A stretch of DNA of 64,000 nucleotides from an uncultured Bacteroidales bacterium. GTDB taxonomy: Bacteria > Bacteroidota > Bacteroidia > Bacteroidales > Paludibacteraceae. The number at the start of each line of letters is the position of its first letter. Position 1 is the first letter of the stretch. The translations under genes were made by a program, and so were the position numbers. The notes below the pieces were generated by a model. It saw only the letters and a program-made list of their open reading frames with translations, made no database searches and was not told the origin of the DNA. The stretch spans positions 6,975-70,974 of the forward strand of contig ONIM01000006.1 in NCBI GenBank assembly GCA_900317885.1. Direction: 5' to 3'. Of the stretch, positions 9,123-16,895 are shown piece by piece.

Positions 9123-11921
9123 ATGAAAAGATATTTATTCAGTATGATGGCAGCGTTGGTATGCAGCGCGAGCGTTTATGCAGTAGTAGCATCGCCGGAA
9201 CCGATATCGATTAGGCAGGGCGACGGGACAACGATTATTGTAAAGATGGTAGGCGATGAGTTTCATCACTATTATACCACTTTGGACGGTACCCCACTCC
9301 GCATGGACAAGAAAGGGATGATGGTAGAGGATGCGTCCGTAGTAGAGCCCTCGGAGCAAGCGCGACATATTCGCCGTGCGACGCAACAGGCGACGATAGC
9401 GGGTTCGTATCCGTTAACCGGTTCGCCGAAGAGTTTGGTGATCCTTGTTAACTTCGCGGATTTGAAATTCAGCTACACGCTGGCTGATTTCCAAGCCATG
9501 CTGACGGAGTCCGGTTATAGCAAGAATAACGGTGTAGGTTCCGCGCGCGATTATTTTATTGCGTGCTCGGATAGTATCTTCTCGCCGCAGTTTGACTGCT
9601 ACGGTCCGGTAACCCTGTCTCAGAAATACCCGTACTACGACAGCCACACCAGCCAGATGATTGTAGAGGCATGTAACCTGGTAGCGAACCAAGGTGTAGA
9701 TCTGACCCAGTATGATACGGATAACGACGGCCGTCTTGATAATGTGTTCGTTTATTATGCGGGTCATAACGAGGCAGAGGGTGCAAGTTCGCAGACCATC
9801 TGGCCGCACCGCAGTATCGTTACCACGGGTGACCGCGTACAGAACAAATTGATTTATGACTACGCATGTACGTCAGAGTTGCGCGGTTCTGCTGGAAATG
9901 CGATGTGCGGAATTGGTACTTTCTGTCACGAATTCGGCCACGTATTAGGTCTACCGGATTACTACGACACAGATAATTCACAGACATACACAGTCGGTTC
10001 ATGGGATATCATGTGTTCGGGTAGTTACAACGGCTCCGGCAAGACTCCCCCATCCTATACCGCCGGCGAGCGTTTCCAGTTAGGCTGGATCAAACCTGTT
10101 CAGTTAAAAGACGCCGGCACTTATACTCTGGAGCCATTAGTTACAACCGGTCAATCGTATCTGATAGCCAAAACGGATCACAACTTAAGTTGGGGAAATG
10201 CCAACCCGAACGAATACTGGCTGTTGGAGAACCGCCAGAATTTAGGTTGGGACAGGCACTCCACCAGTCTTCCGGGAACGGGCATGCTGATTTTCCATAT
10301 CACTTATAATTCTGCCATATGGGGTCAGAACGAGCCGAATAACAGTTATCCGCTGCGTTACGACATTGAGGAAGCCGGAGGTGTGAAGGGTTATTCCGCA
10401 CAAAGCGACCCATTCCCAGGATCGCTCAATGTGACCAGTTTCACCCCGATGCTGCATAGCGGAGAGATGTTAGAGCAACCTATCACGGGCATCGTCAAAG
10501 AAGGACAAAACATCGTCTTCACTTTCAAATCGAACGGATTTATGTTTATCCCGACGGAGTTGCCGCTGATAGAGAGCACCTATAACCCCGATACGAAGAA
10601 ATCCTATACGCCGGCATCGTTACTGAAAATTGCGGGTGACCACCTGGACCCGAATGAAGATGTAACGATTGCTATCTCGGGAAGTGGATTTAACATCTCC
10701 ACCGATAGTGCCAACTGGCGTTCTTCGGTGACGGTAAGACCTTCTGTAGACTCCATCCTGGACCAGCTGGTATATGTCCGCTATGCCCCACGCAAACAGG
10801 TGTGCGATGCGCAACGCGGAACCATTTCTGTCCGTCAAGGCGCCAAAGCCGGTTCGTATGCTGTGCGTGCTACAAGTGAGCGTCCGGTGCTAATCAGCAC
10901 TCCAGCGCTGACAACCATCGAAGAGGTCACTCCGACATCCTTTAAGGTTCGTTGGAGACCGGAAGAAGACGCCGAGCAGTATTTCGTTACGCTCTATCAC
11001 ATGGAGGATGGTCAGGAGACGCTCACCGAAAGTTTCGAGGGCTTTGACGACGAGGCTACGGTTTGGGAAAGCGGTTGGTACACCTCATTCTACCGCACCA
11101 CTACAAAGGCAAAGATTGATGGAGCCGAGTCCATGTGGTTTAAGGAGAACAACGAGGTGATTATCTCGCCGATATACCAATTGCCGATCACTAATGTCAG
11201 CGTCTGGCTCAATGCTCCGGCAACTACCGATTCAGAGGTCGGATTCATTACTATGATCGGTGTTTCCGATGCAGGACGTGATACGCTGGATGTGATACAT
11301 ATCTCCAAGAGCACGAAGAAATACACCTATACAAAGAGTATAAACGAATCTATGGGTTACCGCCGTATTGAGATGATATACACCTCTCTGGGCGGCGAAG
11401 GTGTTTGCGTAGATGCCTTCCAGGCTACGTTCAATCAAAAGACCATTTACACTTATAAAGGTCGCGAAAAGACAATTAATGCGGTTGAAGGGGATATGGC
11501 TGAAGACTACACTATTTTCTACGCGTATGACTTAAAACCGAATACTACCTACTACGTGCGTCTGCAATGCGCAGAGAATAAAGGCTGCGAAGAACATCTG
11601 AGTAGTCTGAGTCAACCGGACTTCATTCATACTCGTGCAGGTGAAGCCGTTGATTCCAAGCATCTTACGTACGCGTACGACTCCATTAACTACGACCCGG
11701 CAAGACATGTCATCTACCTGCCGCAGTCGCTTGTTTCGGGTCATGTAAATATCTATTCGCCGGAGGGAGAATTGGTGAAGAGTATACCTGTTTCGCCGAC
11801 GAATAATATCATTCCTTTAGAGGGCGATGAGTTCCGCCGCGGAACGATGTACATGATCAAATACATGCCGGAAGACAAGATGGGCCGCAAGAGTCCGTGG
11901 ATCAAGATTATTTTCCTGTAA
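9123..11921 (+). CDS. M6 (immune inhibitor A-like) family metalloprotease with FN3-like domain and T9SS C-terminal sorting domain
   Basis: Zinc motif HEFGHVLGLPDYYD. Signal peptide from the ATG at 9123 (MKRYLFSMMAALVCSASVYA); the listed ORF start 9093 is a TTG. C-terminus VNIYSPEGELVKSI...MYMIKY...IKIIFL resembles a T9SS CTD. Confidence 0.88.
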   Translation: MKRYLFSMMAALVCSASVYAVVASPEPISIRQGDGTTIIVKMVGDEFHHYYTTLDGTPLRMDKKGMMVEDASVVEPSEQARHIRRATQQATIAGSYPLTGSPKSLVILVNFADLKFSYTLADFQAMLTESGYSKNNGVGSARDYFIACSDSIFSPQFDCYGPVTLSQKYPYYDSHTSQMIVEACNLVANQGVDLTQYDTDNDGRLDNVFVYYAGHNEAEGASSQTIWPHRSIVTTGDRVQNKLIYDYACTSELRGSAGNAMCGIGTFCHEFGHVLGLPDYYDTDNSQTYTVGSWDIMCSGSYNGSGKTPPSYTAGERFQLGWIKPVQLKDAGTYTLEPLVTTGQSYLIAKTDHNLSWGNANPNEYWLLENRQNLGWDRHSTSLPGTGMLIFHITYNSAIWGQNEPNNSYPLRYDIEEAGGVKGYSAQSDPFPGSLNVTSFTPMLHSGEMLEQPITGIVKEGQNIVFTFKSNGFMFIPTELPLIESTYNPDTKKSYTPASLLKIAGDHLDPNEDVTIAISGSGFNISTDSANWRSSVTVRPSVDSILDQLVYVRYAPRKQVCDAQRGTISVRQGAKAGSYAVRATSERPVLISTPALTTIEEVTPTSFKVRWRPEEDAEQYFVTLYHMEDGQETLTESFEGFDDEATVWESGWYTSFYRTTTKAKIDGAESMWFKENNEVIISPIYQLPITNVSVWLNAPATTDSEVGFITMIGVSDAGRDTLDVIHISKSTKKYTYTKSINESMGYRRIEMIYTSLGGEGVCVDAFQATFNQKTIYTYKGREKTINAVEGDMAEDYTIFYAYDLKPNTTYYVRLQCAENKGCEEHLSSLSQPDFIHTRAGEAVDSKHLTYAYDSINYDPARHVIYLPQSLVSGHVNIYSPEGELVKSIPVSPTNNIIPLEGDEFRRGTMYMIKYMPEDKMGRKSPWIKIIFL

Positions 11922-11924
11922 GTG

Positions 11925-12662
11925 ATGAAACAGATATATTGTTATCTACTGGTTCTGCTCGGTTTTGCCATAACCGCCTGCAATAACGGGAACAATCCCG
12001 AGTGGGCAGAGCAATATAAAGAGGGGACGTACTATATAGTAAAATTCAATCCTCTTGCGGCGTCCTATTACGGGAATGTGATGCTTGTGCAGGACGCAAA
12101 GGGAGAATATAAGATGCGTAGTCTGGCAAACGGAGGTACATGCCGTGAGTTATTTCTCGGCCATACGCCTTTCACGCAGATAGACACCGTCGAACATTGG
12201 TATTTAGCGGATTGGAAATGGGGGCTTTATCTGTCTTATAATCATGTAGTTCTCCCCGTCCGTTGGCAAGACATCACCAAGCCGGATGAGAAATATGTAC
12301 GCTCGGATTTTGAGACCACGGCAAGTAATATCATCAACCGTTTTGGCACCATCAAGCGGAGCGAGATAGACCGCTATTTAGGCATCACTCCTGCTCCGGC
12401 GGCAGACTACCCGGGTCCTTGGGGACATACCAGCGGCGGAATATCCACGGATCATTTGGCGCCGGTTTATCTAAATAGATATTATTCCGTTCAGGACATA
12501 CCGGATGTGATTGACCAAAAGGGAGACTGGAAATATACGAAAGAGGATTTTCTGAAGGAGCGCAAACGTCAGGACAGTCTGCAAAACGTATATACAGAGC
12601 GTTTAGCCACCTTGGTTTACGAAGGCGGAGTGGACATAGTTATTCACGAGGCGCAGCGTTAA
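11925..12662 (+). CDS. Hypothetical lipoprotein
   Basis: ATG at 11925 (MKQIYCYLLVLLGFAITACNNG) gives a lipobox. The gene starts 3 nt after the protease stop. Confidence 0.65.
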   Translation: MKQIYCYLLVLLGFAITACNNGNNPEWAEQYKEGTYYIVKFNPLAASYYGNVMLVQDAKGEYKMRSLANGGTCRELFLGHTPFTQIDTVEHWYLADWKWGLYLSYNHVVLPVRWQDITKPDEKYVRSDFETTASNIINRFGTIKRSEIDRYLGITPAPAADYPGPWGHTSGGISTDHLAPVYLNRYYSVQDIPDVIDQKGDWKYTKEDFLKERKRQDSLQNVYTERLATLVYEGGVDIVIHEAQR

Positions 12663-12667
12663 GTCCC

Positions 12668-12735
12668 CCCACGACGGGCAGATTGAACAGCCCCAAAAGG
12701 GAAGATCGACACCCACGACGGGCAGGAAGAAAGCC
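12668..12735 (+). repeat. Two copies of a ~24-nt motif (CCCACGACGGGCAG + purine-rich tail) 44 nt apart in a 3' UTR
   Basis: CCCACGACGGGCAGATTGAACAGCC at 12668 and CCCACGACGGGCAGGAAGAAAGCC at 12712. Confidence 0.9.
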
Positions 12736-12745
12736 AACAAGAAAG

Positions 12746-12778
12746 AAATGAGTTCGGGCAACCGAGCTCATTTTTTTG
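12746..12778 (+). terminator. Rho-independent terminator
   Basis: Stem ATGAGTTCGG/CCGAGCTCAT, loop GCAA, followed by T7. Confidence 0.75.
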
Positions 12779-12985
12779 TTGTATGAATATGTTTGCGGGA
12801 TGCGAAAAGGGAGCACGGATTGGGCAAAAAAGAAGGACACGAGAGGGTGGATGAATGTTTTTCACCATTTTGCCCCACTTTTGCTTAAAATGTTAATAAC
12901 GTGCATAAAATGCTGATTTTAAGAGCAATATAGCATGGTTAAAAATGTTTAAAAGATGTTGATAAAACAATTGAAAAATTTTTTC

Positions 12986-13027
12986 GTGGGGAAATGTGGT
13001 GTATATCAAAAAAAAGTTGTAACTTTG
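12986..13027 (+). promoter_or_regulatory. dcw promoter: -7 box TAACTTTG (13020-13027) preceded by two GTGG(G/T) boxes 10 nt apart (candidate MraZ operator)
   Basis: GTGGG at 12986 and GTGGT at 12996. TAnnTTTG lies 60 nt upstream of the mraZ ATG. Confidence 0.4.
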
Positions 13028-13086
13028 TGCCCGAAATTGAAAGAGTATAGCAAACTGAGTACAGAATACAGCAAAGCGATATAGAT

Positions 13087-13548
13087 ATGCAGACTTTTGT
13101 TGGAAATATAGAAGGACGGTTGGACGAGAAGGGACGTATATTTGTTCCGGCGATTTATCGTCGTATTTTGGCGGATTCGGAATCCAAGCGCATTGTGATG
13201 CGGAGGGATACGGATAACGAGTGTCTGATGTTCTATCCGGAAGAGGTTTGGAACGAGAAGGTGGAGCAGTTGCGCCAGGCGTTGGATGAGTGGGATCCGG
13301 AGGATCAGCTGATTCTGATGCAGTTCATGGCCGATGCGGAATATATGGAGATGGACGGTCAGGGACGTATTTTGCTGCAAAAGAAGAACCTGGAGACCAT
13401 CGGTGCGCAGCAGGATGTGCTGTTTGTCGGCATGCTGAACCGCTTTGCGTTGTGGGCACCGGAGAAATTCGCAGAGAAACGGCTGAGTCAGACCGAATTG
13501 GCGGCAAGACTGCGGGCAAAGATGAAGAAATCCGGAGACCGCGATTGA
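13087..13548 (+). CDS. mraZ: Transcriptional regulator MraZ
   Basis: 153 aa. N-terminal MQTFVGNIEGRLDEKGRIFVPA and second-half DGQGRILL (duplicated SpoVT/AbrB-like MraZ halves). First gene of the dcw cluster. Confidence 0.93.
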   Translation: MQTFVGNIEGRLDEKGRIFVPAIYRRILADSESKRIVMRRDTDNECLMFYPEEVWNEKVEQLRQALDEWDPEDQLILMQFMADAEYMEMDGQGRILLQKKNLETIGAQQDVLFVGMLNRFALWAPEKFAEKRLSQTELAARLRAKMKKSGDRD

Positions 13549-13585
13549 ACCGACAGCGTAGTGACGTTATACGAACGACGCAGTA

Positions 13586-13629
13586 ATAACGCGGAAATAA
13601 CGTGGAAATAACGCGCTAATCACGCGCTT
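13586..13629 (+). repeat. 11-nt tandem array x4 (AATAACGCGGA / AATCACGCGCT) in the mraZ-rsmH spacer
   Basis: aataacgcgga/aataacgtgga/aataacgcgct/aatcacgcgct, read directly. Related to the array at 38473. Confidence 0.9.
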
Positions 13630-13751
13630 AGGATGAATAAAAAGAACGTAAACAGGCAATAAAAGGAGAACAAAGAAAAGGCTATAAACAGCCCCCCCCA
13701 AAAAAAAAGAATAAAAATAAATAAATAATAAATAAATAATAAATAGAGAAG

Positions 13752-14780
13752 ATGGAAGAGATATACCACATACCGGCGATGCTGAAAGAGACGATAGAGG
13801 GTTTGGCGATCAAGCCGAACGGGGTGTATGTGGATGTCACTTTCGGCGGCGGAGGACACAGCAGGGCGATATTGGAGAAGATAGCCCCACCCGACCTCCC
13901 CATAGAGGGGAGGAGAAAAGGAGAGAAGGAAGAAAAGGGAGGGCGGCTATTCTCGTTCGACCAGGATATAGAGGCATATGAAAATGCGAAGGAAGACGGA
14001 GAAGCGGCATTCATAGATAATCCGAGATGGACGTTTGTGCATTCGAATTTCAGGTATCTGCGGAACTGGATGGATTATTACGGGGTGCAAGAGATTGACG
14101 GGTTGCTGGCAGATTTAGGAGTTAGTTTTCACCATTTCGATTGTCCGGAGCGAGGGTTTAGTTTTCGGTTCAGCGCGCCGTTAGACATGCGGATGAACCA
14201 GACGGCGAAACGGACGGCGGCGGATATAGTAAACGGGTACAGCGAGGAGGAGTTAGCGAAGATTTTCTGGTTATACGGCGAAATGAAGAACGGGAGGGGC
14301 ATCGCAAGGAATATATGCAAGGCCCGTTCTCAGAAGCCGATTTTAAGGACAGAGGAGCTGGTAGAAGCGGCGCTGAACATAAAAGCCCAGCCCCACCCTA
14401 ACCCTCCCCATGAAGGGGAGGGAAGCCGGGAGCTGGATATTCCGGCGCAGTACAAGAAGGATCTGGCGAGGCTGTTTCAGGCGCTCAGGATAGAGGTGAA
14501 CGATGAGATGGGGGCGCTGCGGGAGATGTTAGTGGCGGCACGGGATTTAGTGAAGCCCGGAGGACGGATAGCCATCCTGACGTACCACTCGTTAGAGGAT
14601 CGGTTGGTGAAGAATTTCTTTAGAAGCGGAAACCTGGAAGGGACGATAGAAAAAGACTTTTACGGAAACGCGATTACTCCGTTTGATGTTATCGAGAAAG
14701 GGCGAGTGGCCAGCGACGATGAAGTAGAACGGAACCCGCGTAGCCGGAGTGCGAAGTTGCGGGTGGCGGAGAAAAAATAA
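13752..14780 (+). CDS. rsmH: 16S rRNA (cytosine1402-N4)-methyltransferase RsmH, carrying two short in-frame insertions
   Basis: MEEIYHIPAMLKE..., SAM-binding DVTFGGGGHS, LTYHSLEDRLVK, NPRSRSAKLRV. Synteny after mraZ. Confidence 0.93.
   Translation: MEEIYHIPAMLKETIEGLAIKPNGVYVDVTFGGGGHSRAILEKIAPPDLPIEGRRKGEKEEKGGRLFSFDQDIEAYENAKEDGEAAFIDNPRWTFVHSNFRYLRNWMDYYGVQEIDGLLADLGVSFHHFDCPERGFSFRFSAPLDMRMNQTAKRTAADIVNGYSEEELAKIFWLYGEMKNGRGIARNICKARSQKPILRTEELVEAALNIKAQPHPNPPHEGEGSRELDIPAQYKKDLARLFQALRIEVNDEMGALREMLVAARDLVKPGGRIAILTYHSLEDRLVKNFFRSGNLEGTIEKDFYGNAITPFDVIEKGRVASDDEVERNPRSRSAKLRVAEKK
13885..13913 (+). repeat. GC-rich palindromic element copy 1 (CCCCACCCGACCTCCCC-ATAGA-GGGGAGG), in frame in rsmH
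   Basis: Inverted repeat CCTCCCC/GGGGAGG with a 5-nt loop. Translated as PPDLPIEGR. Confidence 0.9.
14391..14422 (+). repeat. GC-rich palindromic element copy 2 (CCCCACCCTAACCCTCCCC-ATGAA-GGGGAGGG), in frame in rsmH
   Basis: Read directly. Translated as PHPNPPHEGEG. Confidence 0.9.
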
Positions 14781-14784
14781 GAAT

Positions 14785-15099
14785 ATGGCAGATGTACATG
14801 ACATACAGAGTTGGTTGAACGGCGATATGCTGCGGAGCCAGAAGATCAGAGAACAATACCCGCTGATTGGGTTGATTGTGGGTCTGGTCTTTTTGTATAT
14901 TCTGACGGGTTACCAGTCTGCCAAACAACAACACCGGTTGACGGACACGAAAAAGGAGATGCTGGACGCCAAGTTCCGGTACATGACGATTAGCGCGCAG
15001 TTGACGAATAGCACCAGGCAGAGCCAAGTGATAGAGGTGCTGAAGGTTAACGGAAGTGAGTTGCAAGAAAACCGGGTACCGCCGGTGAAGGTAAAATAA
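14785..15099 (+). CDS. ftsL: FtsL-like cell-division protein
   Basis: 104 aa from the ATG at 14785. Single TM helix (YPLIGLIVGLVFLYILTGY). Position between rsmH and ftsI. The stop overlaps the ftsI ATG (TAATG). Confidence 0.75.
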   Translation: MADVHDIQSWLNGDMLRSQKIREQYPLIGLIVGLVFLYILTGYQSAKQQHRLTDTKKEMLDAKFRYMTISAQLTNSTRQSQVIEVLKVNGSELQENRVPPVKVK

Positions 15100-16895
15100 T
15101 GAGTGACGAGCAGAGAAATACGGTATGGAGGTTCGCGATGATATTCATCGTGATCGCTTTGGGTTTTGTAGCTGTGCTCGCGAAAATCGTGTATATCCAG
15201 GCGGTGGAGAGAGACGAGTGGTTGAAAGTAGCGGAGAAACAAGTGCCGACGAACAGGCCTATTCCTGCGACACGGGGAAATATCCTGGATTGCAACGGAC
15301 GATTGCTGGCGAGCAGTATGCCGCAATATTATATATATATGGATACACGCGTGCCCGCGTTGCACGAGAAAAAGGGGGAGTTGTTCAACAAACATATCGA
15401 CACGCTGGCTCTGGATCTGGCAACGATTATCGGGGATAAGAGCCCGGCGGAGTACAAGGCTAAGATCGTAGGGGCTTACCGGCATGGAGAGAAACGCTTG
15501 CGTGTTTGCGAGAACCGCATCAATTATCTGCAGCGGCAGGCTTTGGAGCAGAACAAGCTCATAAAAAAAGGCAAGTATAAAAGCGGTATTTTCTTTGAGG
15601 ACCAACATAGAAGAATCAAACCTTACGGATTGTTGGCAAGCCGTACGATAGGTGGTATTTACGGCGAAGGCGGAAGTGGTAACTCGGGTCTGGAGAAGGG
15701 TTTTGACAAAGAGTTGAGGGGCGTTGACGGCATGAGCAGTATTCAGCGAATCGGCGGCCGGAATGAGTCCGTGACGGTAGAAGAGGCGCAGGACGGTCGG
15801 GATATTGTGACTACGATTGATGCCAATCTGCAGGATATCGTGGAGAATGCGTTGCTGGCGAAGACGGCGGAACGAAATGCCAAGTGGGGTTGCGCCATAC
15901 TGATGGAGACGCAGACCGGGTACATCCGCGCGATAGCCAATCTGGACAGGTCTGAGGAGGACGGCAAATACTACGAGGCGCAGAACCATGCCGTACAACG
16001 TGTAGAACCGGGTTCGACGTTCAAGACGATTGCTCTGATGGCGGCGCTGGACGACGGGAAGATTGATATAGACGACACAGTGGCGGTTAGTCGGACGCCG
16101 TGGAAATATTTCTCAGTGACGCATACTGACGCCCACCCAATGGACACGATTCTGACGGTGAGGAGCGCTTTGGCGGTGTCTTCGAATATCGCGCTGGCAA
16201 AGTTGATCACGAGGAGTTATGAAGGTTCGGCGCGAAAGTTCGTGAGGCGGATTGAGAAGATGGGACTGCTGGACAGCGTTTATTGCGAGATTCCGGGGGC
16301 TGATAAGGCGCGTATCGAGGTGCCAAAAGACACCGTGACGCTGAGTAAGATGAGTTACGGGTACTCGGTAGAGTTGAGTCCGATGCAGCTTCTGATGTTC
16401 TACAACGCGATTGCCAACGGCGGACGGATGATGCGGCCGATGTTAGTGACCGCGGTGCAGCAGAACGGCGAAGTGGAGGAGAGTTTCAGGCCGGAGGCAG
16501 TGAAGTCTTCTATCTGCGGGAAGGGCACGTTGCGGGATATACAAGGGGCGCTGCATGACGTTGTTTGGGACGACCATCTGGGTACCGCGGCGGCGAAGTT
16601 ATGGAGCAAGAAAGCGCAGTCTAAGCTCGTGAATATCGCCGGCAAGACGGGTACGGCACAGCTGTTTATGCGCGGTCACGGCTACTCGGGCAAACACCAT
16701 AGGATGACTTTTGTGGGGTACTTCCCGGAGGAGAATCCGCAGTACACGTGTATCTGCATGATCGAGGATCCGCAGTACCCGTACGACGCGGGAATGGACT
16801 GCGGCAGCACGGTGCGAGTGATTGCAGAGAAGACGATGGCGTACACAGGATGCTATGTTTGGAAGGATGGAGAACGCAAATTAGTAAAACGATGA
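15099..16895 (+). CDS. ftsI: Penicillin-binding protein 3 / peptidoglycan D,D-transpeptidase FtsI
   Basis: N-terminal TM anchor. Motifs STFK (GSTFKTIALMAAL), SSN (AVSSNIAL) and KTGT (AGKTGTAQ). dcw synteny. Confidence 0.92.
   Translation: MSDEQRNTVWRFAMIFIVIALGFVAVLAKIVYIQAVERDEWLKVAEKQVPTNRPIPATRGNILDCNGRLLASSMPQYYIYMDTRVPALHEKKGELFNKHIDTLALDLATIIGDKSPAEYKAKIVGAYRHGEKRLRVCENRINYLQRQALEQNKLIKKGKYKSGIFFEDQHRRIKPYGLLASRTIGGIYGEGGSGNSGLEKGFDKELRGVDGMSSIQRIGGRNESVTVEEAQDGRDIVTTIDANLQDIVENALLAKTAERNAKWGCAILMETQTGYIRAIANLDRSEEDGKYYEAQNHAVQRVEPGSTFKTIALMAALDDGKIDIDDTVAVSRTPWKYFSVTHTDAHPMDTILTVRSALAVSSNIALAKLITRSYEGSARKFVRRIEKMGLLDSVYCEIPGADKARIEVPKDTVTLSKMSYGYSVELSPMQLLMFYNAIANGGRMMRPMLVTAVQQNGEVEESFRPEAVKSSICGKGTLRDIQGALHDVVWDDHLGTAAAKLWSKKAQSKLVNIAGKTGTAQLFMRGHGYSGKHHRMTFVGYFPEENPQYTCICMIEDPQYPYDAGMDCGSTVRVIAEKTMAYTGCYVWKDGERKLVKR

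Noticed and set aside
13620-14014. Minus-strand ORFs (79 and 110 aa) across the mraZ-rsmH spacer and the rsmH 5' end.
   Set aside because: They are translations of the AATAAATAA and homopolymer tracts and of the antisense of rsmH. They have no support.
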